A stretch of DNA of 49,759 nucleotides from Octopus bimaculoides (lineage: Eukaryota): positions 58,024,655-58,074,413 of the forward strand of contig NC_068991.1 of assembly GCF_001194135.2 (NCBI RefSeq). Direction: 5' to 3'. Numbering within the stretch: the stretch's first letter is position 1; each line of letters opens with the position of its first letter. The notes beneath the pieces are model-generated. The model did not search any database and was not told where the DNA came from. It saw only the letters and a program-made list of their open reading frames with translations. Positions 37,521 through 49,105 of this stretch are shown in pieces. The position numbers and the translations under genes were made by a program.

Positions 37521-39775
37521 AAATAACGAAAAACACATACAAGATAAAATATTGAAATGGACGTGAAAGTGGTGAGACATCAGGAAATCGAAACTGTCCC
37601 AAAATATTTGGCTCGCCTTGTATTTTCATATTACATTCCTCATTACATTCAACACAGACGAATTGTATGAAGTAAATGGAAATAGAGTTTAAGATTTGCC
37701 AGATTTTATATTTGCTGCTGAAGCAATAATAACTCGCACAGTAAGTTAATACATAAACATGAGATATTACAATATTACTATGTTTTGTGAATGAGATTTG
37801 CAACTACGTTTGCACACCATTAACAATTTTATTAAATGGAGATTTATGAATTTTACACAGCTGTTTCCTCGAGACAAATGTAATCAAAATTTTACTGATA
37901 TATATATATATANNNNNNNNNNNNNNNNNNNNNNNNNNNNNNNNNNNNNNNNNNNNNNNNNNNNNNNNNNNNNNNNNNNNNNNNNNNNNNNNNNNNNNNN
38001 NNNNNNNNNNNNNNNNNNNNNNNNNNNNNNNNNNNNNNNNNNNNNNNNNNNNNNNNNNNNNNNNNNNNNNNNNNNNNNNNNNNNNNNNNNNNNNNNNNNN
38101 NNNNNNNNNNNNNNNNNNNNNNNNNNNNNNNNNNNNNNNNNNNNNNNNNNNNNNNNNNNNNNNNNNNNNNNNNNNNNNNNNNNNNNNNNNNNNNNNNNNN
38201 NNNNNNNNNNNNNNNNNNNNNNNNNNNNNNNNNNNNNNNNNNNNNNNNNNNNNNNNNNNNNNNNNNNNNNNNNNNNNNNNNNNNNNNNNNNNNNNNNNNN
38301 NNNNNNNNNNNNNNNNNNNNNNNNNNNNNNNNNNNNNNNNNNNNNNNNNNNNNNNNNNNNNNNNNNNNNNNNNNNNNNNNNNNNNNNNNNNNNNNNNNNN
38401 NNNNNNNNNNNNNNNNNNNNNNNNNNNNNNNNNNNNNNNNNNNNNNNNNNNNNNNNNNNNNNNNNNNNNNNNNNNNNNNNNNNNNNNNNNNNNNNNNNNN
38501 NNNNNNNNNNNTGCAGATAGACAAACAGATAGATGGAGTGAGAGACAGATAGACAGACAAAGGGAGATACGGAAAGAGAGAGAGAGAGGTAAGCAGAGAG
38601 AGAGAGAGAGAGTGACTAGACACACGCTTTGTATACACATAAGGCACAGAAAATAATGATGTTTTGAGGCAAAGAAAGACGTTATATTTGTCTAGTAGAC
38701 AATTGCCTTGGTTTTCTTTTTCTTTTCGAAATTGGATTAGGTGATAATATTGTAGTTACCTCCCTTGGTTGTTAGTTTTAGGGTTAGAAAACTATAAAAG
38801 TAATTGTTTTTTTTAAAGTAATGGTAATTTCAATTAACTTAACTAATATCATATATATATATAGAACCTACTACATATATGTGTGAGTGAGTGTGTATAT
38901 CCGTGTGTGACGTAAACACAAGTGAAAAGATATTTATTCCTAATTTATCAGCTACGCAAGTTTCAAATAGAATAGCATACCCGAAAATATTACAACACAG
39001 CACTTTTGACCGACTTAATCAATTTCACATTTGATCGATTAAGATGGTACAGAAACAGAAGAATTCAGCACCATTTTATTATTATAGCTGTTCACCAATA
39101 CAATCAATATTGATATAGCGTTGATGGGTATAAAATGATATTCAATTTTTCCGCACTATTTGAGTCTGTCAAATGTGGGTCGATTAAATTGCGCATGCCT
39201 TGCATTGCTGCTTTAGAGACATGATATTTTATTTGAAACGTGTGTAGCTAATTAATGGCGGATAACACTACATTATTGTATGTGTGTGTTTTGTTTTTCT
39301 GTTATAACATGTGAGGATATAGTTAATTTGTACTGGATTCATTCAGTGTTCGAATTTCAGTTTTACACGTTGGACAGGTGGCAGAAAGTGAATTTACTAC
39401 CTATGAGAATTCCTGAGGCATTCACTAGGCAATTTAATTAGCTGAGTTTCATAATAAAGAAAGCTTATAAATTATATATGTGTGTGTGTGTGTGTATGCG
39501 TGTGTGCGTGTGTGTGTGTGTATGCGTGCGTGTGTGTGTGCTATATAACAAACTTTCACCGTATATTGATTACAGGAAATAGAGTAAACTTAGGGTACAC
39601 AAACAATGATAAGAGGGAATTTGGGTATTAGAACGAGTGGGAATTGTACACACACACACACACCTCGAAAATTCACGATAAGTACGCTGAATAGTTACAC
39701 CGACATACCACCTTCAATTTTTCCTTTAAATTAAAGAAGTATGATTTCATATACAGTTTTATACATACATACACA

Positions 39776-40432
39776 CAAGGTGGAGTCAAAAAATATCTGC
39801 ACTTTTGCCATAACATATTATTGTTACACTACCTTCTACGAACGTGTGCTTATAATTGGTATTATCGTGGTCACGTGATGGATGTTTGAGCCTAATCACG
39901 CCATGTTTCTTTCTGAGTTTACAGTGTAAACGCGGCCGCTCCTCTAGAGATGTGCACCAAAGAAGAACAAAGGACAGTGATCCGATTTCTCTGGTTGCGA
40001 GATGTGTCAGGAGCTGAAATTCATCGGAGGCTTTTAGCACAGTACGAGAACAATGCACTACTGTGTACAGGTGTTTATAAGTGGACCGAGAAGTTTGAAA
40101 GTGGTCGAACAAGCATGACGCAGGAAAAGGGGCAGAAGGCCCTTTAATCTCCACCGCTGACGAGAAGATTCAACAAGGTCGAGAGATCATATTGGTGAAC
40201 CGGTTCACCATAACCGTCTCTTGTATCAGTGCCTATGTTCTTCTTTGGTGTACATTGATAGTGGAGCAGTCATGCTTACACTGTAAAGCCAGAAAAAATG
40301 GCGCGATTAGACTCAAACCTCGATCATGTGACCACAGTAATATCGACAATAAGCACGCACGCGCAGAAAGCAGTGTGACAATAATAAAGATATACTACAG
40401 CGAAAGAGCGGGTAATTTTTTACTTACCCTTG
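39776..40432 (+). mobile_element. Mariner-derived non-autonomous fold-back element with about 205-bp inverted arms and the transposase N-terminus
   Basis: Termini caagg..agt.aaaaa.tatc; TA follows the right end. ORF 39950-40147 (EEQRTVIRFLWLRDVSGAEIHRRLLAQY...VYKWTEKFESGRTS) matches the mariner N-terminal HTH pattern. Arms 39776-39982 and 40222-40432 align in reverse complement. Confidence 0.85.
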
Positions 40433-40524
40433 TACACACACACACACATACATACATACATACATGCATAAATATATACATACATACATACATACATACA
40501 TACATACATACACACATACATAAA

Positions 40525-40690
40525 GTCCTAAATGTGATTGTGTGTTAAGAAGCTTGCTTCCTAACCAGATCGTTCCGAGTTCAATTCCATTACATTGATC
40601 TTGCGGAAATGTCTTATATTATAACTTCAGGCCAACACAAGAGCTGTGAGTGGATTCGGAAGGCGGAAACTAGAAAGAGCTCATCGTGTA
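40525..40690 (+). mobile_element. SINE family A, 5' half; runs into microsatellite and a gap
   Basis: gtgattgtgtgttaagaagcttgcttcc...gagttcaattcc...ggccaacacaagagctgtgagtggatt. Confidence 0.7.
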
Positions 40691-40741
40691 TCTATCTATC
40701 TATCTATCTATCTTTCTCTCTCTCTCCCCTCTCTCTCACTC

Positions 40742-40773
<32 letters not shown>

Positions 40774-40854
40774 NNNNNNNNNNNNNNNNNNNNNNNNNNN
40801 NNNNNNNNNNNNNNNNNNNNNNNNNNNNNNNNNNNNNNNNNNNNNNNNNNNNNN

Positions 40855-40886
<32 letters not shown>

Positions 40887-41584
40887 GTTAGCTGTAATTT
40901 TTTGTATTATTAGATATTGTTAATATAACAGTACATAAAAACGGACTAGAGTTGAAGTGCTCAGCGTGAGCTAGAATTGAAATTATAGTAACAATAGATA
41001 CAGAAGGGTGTATCCATTCTTACTATAATTTTTATGTTATATATATATATATATATAGATAGATATATATACGTACACATAACTACACACACACACAAAT
41101 ACGTGTACATATAAATACCCATATACTTTTCATTTTATATTATATTATATTATATTATGTCATACTATTATTACATCATTGCAATTAATTATATATAACA
41201 CTTTGTTTTGAGAACCATAAATACGTGTATATATAATGTGTGTGCCATTACTTCAGTTATTCAAGTTTCAACATGATATACATACTGGAATCATAAACGA
41301 AAAGTACAAACAAGTGAATAAGAGAGACAGAAGGTGAGAAAGAGACAGAGAGGAGGAGGAATAGAGTGAATGAGAGACAGTGTATAATTGCAGATATATA
41401 TTTGTATATTGAGCTGAAGCCATGAATTAGGAATCGAGTCTAGGTGAGATTGTCTACAGTTACTAGCCAAGAATCCTTCGATATTAATTACTTTCAATCT
41501 ATATTCATAAATATTTTAATATTATGAAGTACATCATACCAAACAGAGTAAAACATAAAATTAATAAAAACATATATCTTCCTC

Positions 41585-41800
41585 TATATAGTACCTACCA
41601 ACTTGCCTCGGTCAAGCTTGATAGAAATCATTAGAAAACGTGGAAAGCGTCGTGGCGACAAATACATATACAAGATCTTGGTTGAAGAAGGTTGTGAATG
41701 TGTTGAGAAGCTCTTAACGGAAATTTTATTCCACATCACTGAAGGAACAAATGTTCTTTGGAACAACATGGAAATTATCAAATCACTGTGTTACACATCC
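41585..41800 (-). mobile_element. Possible mariner transposase C-terminal remnant
   Basis: One minus frame reads SDFDNFHVV...FSDVE...LLNTFTTFF...SNDFYQA, loosely like the APSDYHLF...F...EEV...FF...FY mariner C-terminus. Heavily decayed. Confidence 0.25.
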
Positions 41801-41968
41801 CTCTCTGTGCAACCTTTTTTGCACTGGACCAAGGTGAACGAAATTTTTCCCGTGTGTTGGTTATAATAAGAAACGATTGTTGGTATGAAAACAAGTATAA
41901 GCTTCAGAATATTGGGTCTGAATGTTCGAAAGTGATTGTCATTTTACTTTTATATAGATACCTTGGTG

Positions 41969-42353
41969 GTGGAGGTGCAATGGCCCAGTGGTTAGGGCAG
42001 CGGACTCGCGGTCATAGGATCGCGGTTTCGATTCCCAGACCGGGCGTTCTGAGTGTTTATTGAGCGGAAACACATAATAGCTCCACGAGGCTCCGGCAGG
42101 GGATGGTAGCGAACCCTGCTGTACTTTTTCACCACAACTTTCTCTCACTCTTACTTCCTGTTTGTTGTGCCTGTAATTCAAAGGGTCAGCCTTGTCATAC
42201 TGTGTCACGCTGAATATCCCCGAGAACTACGTTAAGGGTACACGTGTCTGTGGAGTGCTCAGCCACTTGCACGTTAATTTCATGAGCAGGCTGTTTCGTT
42301 GATCGGATCAACTCGAACCTTCGACGTCGTTAGCGACGGAGTGCCAACAACAA
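41969..42353 (+). mobile_element. Young full-length OR-like SINE
   Basis: A box tggcccagtgg, anticodon-loop-like ggactcgcggtc, B box ggtttcgattcc, 3' hairpin cgtcg-ttag-cgacg and a caa tail. Confidence 0.9.
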
Positions 42354-43892
42354 GATACTTCGGCTACTATAAAATATATTTTTATTTCCGTTGGTTTATT
42401 GAGATCCACTGGCCGTTATAATATAATACACTACTCGTTCATTAATTTTACTATCCAGATTATAAGGCAACCCACCATTGGCTCCCTATTTTTCATCTTT
42501 TAGTCACAAGAAAAGGGAGCGACCATAATACGTAATAAGTTCTCTGAAGCTATTAAATAAAATTTTCTCGGAATGGAAACCTAACCCAAATCCTTGCAAA
42601 AGATTAAACCCATTTAAAAAACATCCAACGGGAACAGATGTCACCTATTAGGTGATATTGTTGAACGAGTCAGCGTTTTCAGACTGCCACCTTAGGAGGT
42701 AAGTCTACCAGACGAGTTCTGCCTTAAATTTGTCACGGTGCATTCGCATTTTTCCTAATGTGTTTTCTCGTCTCTGTTTGCACTAACGTGCACTCGTAAA
42801 TAGCTTTGCGAATTTAATAAACTTTGAGCACTGCTGGAATGGACAATATGAATTCAGAAGCTGAAATTGATATGATTTATAATTGAAAATCGCTGAAGGA
42901 ATGGCCTTAAACATTTGCACAACTGTCTTTGGTGTCTTTTCGTTTAATCCGTCTTTTAATATGTTGCAGTGTAACAGGAGCCAAGATGATAATGATGATG
43001 AGGAGGCGGAAGTGGAGGAAGTGGGGGAGTATTTTGAGGAGAGGGGGAGAGCGAATGTTGTTATGGAGACGACCATCATCGTCATCATCATCATCATCAT
43101 CATCATCGCCATCATCGTCATCATCATTATCATTATCATCATCGCCACCTCCTATCTTCATAATTATAAGCGATGTATTTTAGAACTACCACCACCACGA
43201 TATGATGTTGCTAATTTTAATTGCCGGTGATCTTTTGGTTACACTAGATTTAATTTTCCCTCTTGTAAAGGGGAGAAATTGTAACGTTGCCTGATGTAAT
43301 CGTAGGTGCTTCATTGTTTTAGGTATCGATGTTGTAGTTATTGCTGACTCCACTTTTAGTTTGTTTGCTTTTCTTGTTCTTTTTTTTTCTTCAATTTCGT
43401 TGTTCTATATTTTTTGCAGATATAACTTCTACTGCCGATGTTATTGCTTCATTGCCGTTGTTTATCTTTAATAAAGAAATCAAGTATCTAATTGACCTCT
43501 GATATCTTATTAAGAGACAATTTCCTCAATCGATTAAGTATTATAATACATTGTAATTTCATCATTTCACCTTCTTTAAACGACTCCCTCTCCCGATGTC
43601 ATTCCTTTGCATTCGTGATAGCTCTAGCAGTCTAGCTCTCTCTTTCTATTCGTTCTACCTATCTCTGTATTCAATTTATTCTGCTCGCCATCCGCCTCGT
43701 CACCTCACTTACTCACTCTATTAATTGATACTTCTTTCTTTCAATAACTTCATTTCATAATCTCATAATGTTTTTATAAATTGCTATGAACAAACGAATT
43801 GACGTTACTCAGTTTCATGTTGGTCTCCTTTCATTTAGATTAATTTTTCGATATTCATATACACATACACTCAGATATATATACATATAGCC

Positions 43893-43937
<45 letters not shown>

Positions 43938-43993
43938 CATACATACATATATTACACACAAACACACACATTATATATATACAAACATATATA

Positions 43994-44034
<41 letters not shown>

Positions 44035-44359
44035 TGTATATGTAAATATATGTATTATACGTTATATATATTTACATAGAAATATATATATATAAATCTC
44101 CAATGCAAATTACACATCGATAAATCCATATGCTTTCACACACATATATGCGTATGTATGTGTGTATGTATATGTGTGCGTGCGTGTGTGTGTACGTATA
44201 GAGAAACGGTAGACTGTGTCTTCGAATTTTCAATTTACGAGCTGCCATGAATGCGACGCCGACTGGCAAGCCGAACATTCGAAGTCGCTATTAATGTTTT
44301 CGTTGTACTAGCAATAAATATATACACCGCTAAAACTATTTGAGTGATCTATTTATGTA

Positions 44360-44757
44360 AATTGGGTTTAAAATTTTGGCAAGGAGACAGGAATTTCGAA
44401 TGGAACTTGTATTTATCGACTCGGGAAGGATGAAAAGCATAGGCGACAACGGCGAAATGTGAACTCAGAACGGATGAAATGCTGCTGAGCATATTATTCG
44501 GCGTTCTAACGATTCTGCCAGTTCGCCGCCTTCTTTCTCTTTAATATTACTTTCAAATGTTGGCATAAGGCCAGTAAATACGTGGAAGGTGAGTAAATCG
44601 ATAATATCGACCCTAGTGCTCAACTAGTACTTATTTTATCGACTCTGAAAGTTTGGAAAGCAAAGACGACCTCGGCGTAATTTGTACTCAGATCGTAAAG
44701 ACAGTCGAAATGCCGAGAATCATTTTACCCACCGTGCAAACGGTTCTGCCAGCTCCC
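44360..44757 (-). mobile_element. Two consecutive diverged SINE family C copies (about 44360-44532 and 44555-44757)
   Basis: Each has tttatcgac...gaa.g.tgaaa.gca...gac...ggcg.aat.tg.actcaga...ttctgccag.tc. Confidence 0.7.
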
Positions 44758-44784
44758 TGGCTTCTTTCTGTTTAATATCAAATG

Positions 44785-44975
44785 GCTTGGAGATGGTTAG
44801 CACGGTGGTAATACGGATTTGCGGCATTTCATCTGTTTTTACTTTCTGGGTGCAAAGTGCGCCGAGCTCGACTTTGCGTGATCGATGATATAAGCACTAG
44901 ACAAGTGTTGGGGTTGATGTAGTCGGCTAGTACCCTGCTACCAAAATTTCTGGCCTTGTGCCTATAGTTGAAAAG
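44785..44975 (+). mobile_element. SINE family C, diverged, head-to-head with the preceding copy
   Basis: gttagcacg...tttgcggcatttc...ttctgggtgcaaag.gcgccgag.tcgactttgc...ggccttgtgccta. Confidence 0.65.
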
Positions 44976-45169
44976 AATATTTAATAGCTGTGCTATATAA
45001 CTTCCTATAAAAACGAACATTACTGTACATATATTTGTATGTATATGTTTGTATGTCTGTTTGTGCGTGTATGGAATACGCGACTCTAGGGAGTACAATC
45101 TTTCGTTAATCTGAGATATTTAACCAACCAGAGTGCACGACCAATGGCTCAACAGTGAGTGGTTCGATA

Positions 45170-45381
45170 CAGGGTGGCCCAAAAGTAGGTTTGCTGTTAT
45201 CACGTAGGCACTTTAAATTTTTTTTACAACGTTTTATTACCTTTAAATTTCGATCTTACAATTAAGTAAATTAGCATAGAATAATGGTTCCACATCTTTT
45301 AATATTCGAGATCTAAACTGTTTATATAAGAATGCGAAAGAGATAGTGGAATAATTGCAAACCTACTTTTGAGCCACCCTG
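45170..45381. mobile_element. Tc1/mariner-type MITE, 212 bp
   Basis: 25-bp TIRs cagggtggc[c/t]caaaagtaggtttgc (24/25 match), TA on both sides, AT-rich interior. Confidence 0.92.
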
Positions 45382-45512
45382 TATGTTAATGCCTATGTGC
45401 GTTCAGCATAGGGCAAGAGTGGAATCCAGATGTATAAAACAGATTAAAATTTGAAACATCATCTTCTGATACCTCGCGTGACAGATATATCTGTTACTGT
45501 ATACTCCTTAGC

Positions 45513-45947
45513 TGTGGAGGCGCAATGGCCCAGTGGTTAGGACAGCGGACTCGCGGTCATAGGATCGCGGTTTCGATTCCCAGACCGGGCATTGTGAATG
45601 TTTATTGAGTGAAAACACCTAAAGCTCCACCAGACACCGGCAGGGGATGGTGGCGAACCCTGCTGTACACTTTCACCACAACTTTCTCTTACTTCCTGTT
45701 TCTGTTGTGCCTGTAATACAAAGGGTCAGCCTTGTCACGCTGAATATCCCCGAGAACTACGCTAAGGGTACACGTGGTCTGTGGAGTAGCTNNNNNNNNN
45801 NCACGGTGAATATCCCCGAGAACTACGCTAAGGGTACACGTGGTCTGTGGAGTAGCTCAGCTACTTGCACGTTAATTTCACGAGCAGGCTGTTCCGTTGA
45901 TCGGATCAACTGGAACCCTCGACGTCGTAAGCGACGGAGTGCCAACA
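45513..45947 (+). mobile_element. Young full-length OR-like SINE with 10-bp TSD (contains a probable assembly overlap at the 10-N gap)
   Basis: TSD actccttagc at 45503-45512 and 45948-45957. 56 bp is repeated on both sides of gap 45792-45801. Confidence 0.9.
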
Positions 45948-46299
45948 ACTCCTTAGCCACAGTGACACGAATGTCAGATACCCTTTCTGTTACAAAATTC
46001 CGAACAGTTGTAATCCACACAATCTGTGTGTTATAAAAACTGATCAAGAATGGACAAACAGAAGAATCTTTCATTAAGTTTGAAGCAAAAACATAATTGA
46101 ACTTATATATTATGTGTATTCCAGTTGTCTAATTCACTGATCAGTTTTCTCATTAAAATATTGTGTAGATAGGTGATTATTAAAACTATTAATTCTGTAT
46201 CTAATTATCAGGATCAACCAAACCGAGAGATTCAAAAGAGAGAGAAAGACAGAAAGAGAGTTGAGACCAATTCTATTATGAATAAAATACAAAAGTAGT

Positions 46300-46760
46300 C
46301 GCAAGGCTGCAAGCTACCAGAATAGGTAGCACGCCGAGCAGAATACTTTGCGACATTTCGTCCGATTTTAGGTTCTGAATTCAAATTCAGCCAAGGTTGA
46401 CTATCCCGTTCATCCTCTCGGAGTCGATAAAATAAGTACCAGTTCAGCATTGGGACTCATGTATTTGGCTTACTCCCTACCTCAACCCACCGAAAATGCT
46501 GGTCTCATGCCAACATTGGAACTAATATTAAAATAGTCAACAATGCCCAGCGAACTGACAGAACCTTTGGTAAGCCGGACAAAATGCTTGCGGCGTTTTG
46601 TCTGTCTTTATGTTCTCAGTTCAAATTCCGCCGGGGTCAGCTTTGCTTTTAACCCCATTCAGAGTTCGTGATTTGAGTACTAGTTGAATATTGAGGTCGA
46701 TGTTATGGACTTAAACTCTTCCACAGGAAAGTGCTGGCCTACTGCTAAAATTTGAAACTG
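46300..46760 (+). mobile_element. Two consecutive diverged SINE family C copies (about 46300-46535 and 46550-46760)
   Basis: gtagcacgccgagcagaatac...tcaaattcagccaaggttgac...gtcgataaaataagtaccag; and gccggacaaaatgcttgcggc...gttcaaattccgccggggtc. Confidence 0.75.
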
Positions 46761-46920
46761 ACACGCACACACAAACACACACACACACACATTCTGTAGG
46801 AATTTAATTATAAACAATCAAAAATTATTACAAATTGTTTTTCGTTGAACAGGAAATGAGCGCAGATGTTGCTGTATTGATTCTGGGAGTAAACATATCT
46901 GTTTTATTAAGAAACTCACT

Positions 46921-47250
46921 TTGCAGCCACGCGGTTCCGGGTTCAGACCCACTGCGTTTGCATCTTGGGTCAGAGTCTTCTTTTAAAACCTCAGGCAGAA
47001 CAATACTCAGTAAGTATATTTCGTAAACGGAAACTGTGAAAGCACGTCGTATACATGCGTGTGTGCGTGCGTGTGTGTGCGGTTTTGTGACAATGTATGT
47101 AGCTCTTTACAACCAGTGGTGGTTTGTTTATATCCCCGTAACTTAGAAACCTATCTCATAATTACCTAATTTTAAAGAATTAGTCATGGAGTTGATTTGC
47201 TCAAGACGGTGTTCCAGCATGACCGCAGGCAAATGACCAAAACAATAAAA
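46921..47250 (+). mobile_element. SINE family A, diverged
   Basis: ggttccgggttcagacccactgcg...aacggaaactg...(GT)n...ccccgtaacttag...gtgttccagcatgaccgca. Confidence 0.7.
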
Positions 47251-47727
47251 TTTAAAAATAAAAAGACAATTGTGACTATTACAGCCTTATGATGTCTGGC
47301 ATAAGTTTCCATCAAAGAAAGACGCTATTAGATGGTACTAAAGCAGATGGCATATCTTATATACAGAAAACTGTCAAAAACGTTAGAATTCCAGACAGCG
47401 AACCAATTTATTCCACTTTGTAACTTATTTTGTAACGTGTTATGGTTTCGCAAAAAAAATTGTAGAATTACTGTCTGTCTACTCAAGGTATGTTGTATTC
47501 TGCTCTATAAAACAGACAGAACAATATGTTACGTCTGGCACCGCAGATGTGGTAAAAGAACATAAGATCTATTATATTTGTTTTTTAAATATATTCATTA
47601 AATTCTTTTGTTTCCTGTTTTTTATGTTTTTTTTATTTTGTGTAAATAACATTCTTGTATTGTGTTTGCACGGTTTTTCATTCACATAGATGATGTCTTC
47701 CATCTTTTATCTTTCACGTTTTTCGGC

Positions 47728-47764
<37 letters not shown>

Positions 47765-47768
<4 letters not shown>

Positions 47769-47915
47769 GGGGGGGGGCTTCAGTTTCCGCTTACCAAATT
47801 CACTCACAAGGCAAGACTTTCGTTGATCCGAGGCTACAGTAGAAGACACTTATTTCCTGAAGATGTCATGCAATGGGATTGAACTCGGAACCATGTGGCT
47901 GGAGAGTAAACATCG
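47765..47915 (-). mobile_element. SINE family A, 5' half
   Basis: gcttcagtttccg...gaggctacagtagaagacactt...gattgaactcggaaccatgtgg. Confidence 0.75.
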
Positions 47916-48004
47916 AAACGCATGTCATAAGGTGTTTCGGCCCTATTTTACACACATACGCAAATAATTAACTCCATTCTTCCAAGTGCTGATGAGAATA
48001 TTAG

Positions 48005-48440
48005 GCTGTGTGCTAAGATGTTTGCTTCCTAGCCAGATGGTTGCATGTTCTTTCCCACATACGTGGGATCTTGGGCAAGTGTCATCTGCTATAGCTTCGA
48101 TCCAGTCCATGTCCTGTGAGTAGAATTGGTATTCAGAAACTGAAAGAAACTCGTCGTATATATGAATATATATATATAAACACACACAAACACACAGGCA
48201 TATTTATATACATGTATTCGTGTGTGTGTGTGCCTGTGTCTGTGTCTCTGTGTGTTCGCATGTGTATGTGTAGTTGACTCACACCACCGCATGACAATAG
48301 GTGTCCGATAGCATAAGTACCAGGCTTTAAAAAATATTCAAGACTAAAATACTGGTGTTAATTCGTCCGACTAAAAATGTTCAAGGTGGTGCCTAAGCAT
48401 GTTCGCCGTCCATTGACTGAAACAATAAAAGATAGAAGAT
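48005..48440 (+). mobile_element. SINE family A, diverged
   Basis: ggctgtgtgctaagatgtttgcttcc...atcttgggcaagtgtc...gaaactgaaagaaactcgtcgtata...aagtaccaggcttt...gactgaaacaataaaag. Confidence 0.75.
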
Positions 48441-48799
48441 AAGCAATTTTAGATCAGTTAGAATAGAAATGTAGAGTTGCCGGGTGAACATATGACGCGC
48501 AGGTTTCACACACATTAGAAAAAAACAGTCTTTAAGTTCATGTTGACATATTTAGTCTGGGGAACATTAAAATGTCAGCAAGAAGGGGTTATATTATGGT
48601 GAGGGAATAAACAAGAATTTTATTGCCAAATTTGATGATGATAAGGAAAGGAAATGAAATACCTTTTTTGTTTACTTTCATTTTTTTTTTCATCTTTTTT
48701 TGTTTTTTTCAACATATTGGAGATCGAAATCATGTGCAACAGTGTCATATTTGTAATTCTGTTCCTGTTGCATATTCTTTAACATAAGTGGCATTAATT

Positions 48800-49105
48800 A
48801 GGGTGGCGAGATGGTGGAATCGTTCACATACCGAGCAAAATGTTTAGCGGCTTTTCGTCCGTCTTTTTTCTCTGACCACAAATTCTGACAAATTCTGGCC
48901 ACAAATTCTGACAAATTCTGGCCACAAATTCTGACAAATTCTGGCCACAAATTCTGACACGGTAGTCTTTGCCGTTCGTCCTTTTCTGGCCGATAAAATA
49001 TATATACCAGTTGAACACTGGGATCGATGTAATCGAATAAAACTCTAGAGACGAAATTGCTGTCCTTTTGCCAAGATTTGAAGCCAATACTAGTAAAATT
49101 GCTGG
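48800..49105 (+). mobile_element. SINE family C containing a 23-bp minisatellite
   Basis: Head ggtggcgagatggtggaatcgtt...aaatgtttagcggc; body cttttctggccgataaaa...cactgggatcgatgtaatcga. Confidence 0.75.
48876..48959. repeat. Perfect 23-bp tandem repeat, about 3.6 copies
   Basis: ccacaaattctgacaaattctgg at 48876, 48899 and 48922, with a partial copy at 48945. Confidence 0.95.

Noticed and set aside
2109-40923. Many long ORFs in the track (poly-X, YI, CV, TH, LS repeats)
   Set aside because: They arise from N gaps and dinucleotide microsatellites that lack stop codons.
41969-42050. tRNA-like sequence with A box, B box and a TCG anticodon-like loop (also at 20.3, 21.5 and 45.5 kb)
   Set aside because: There is no proper acceptor stem, and the sequence continues into a shared SINE body with TSDs. 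These are SINE heads, not tRNA genes.
42683-42704. Possible 16-nt microexon (ttttcAG...GAG|GTAAGT)
   Set aside because: One consensus donor is expected by chance in 50 kb. The polypyrimidine tract is short, the length is not a multiple of 3, and there is no supporting partner exon.
45736-45857. Apparent 56-bp internal duplication in a young SINE
   Set aside because: The two copies flank a 10-N gap, share the same private variants and differ at only one base. This is best explained as overlapping contig ends.
48876-48959. Regular short repeats that might suggest a CRISPR array
   Set aside because: The units are contiguous with no unique spacers, there are no cas genes, and the context is a eukaryotic SINE.
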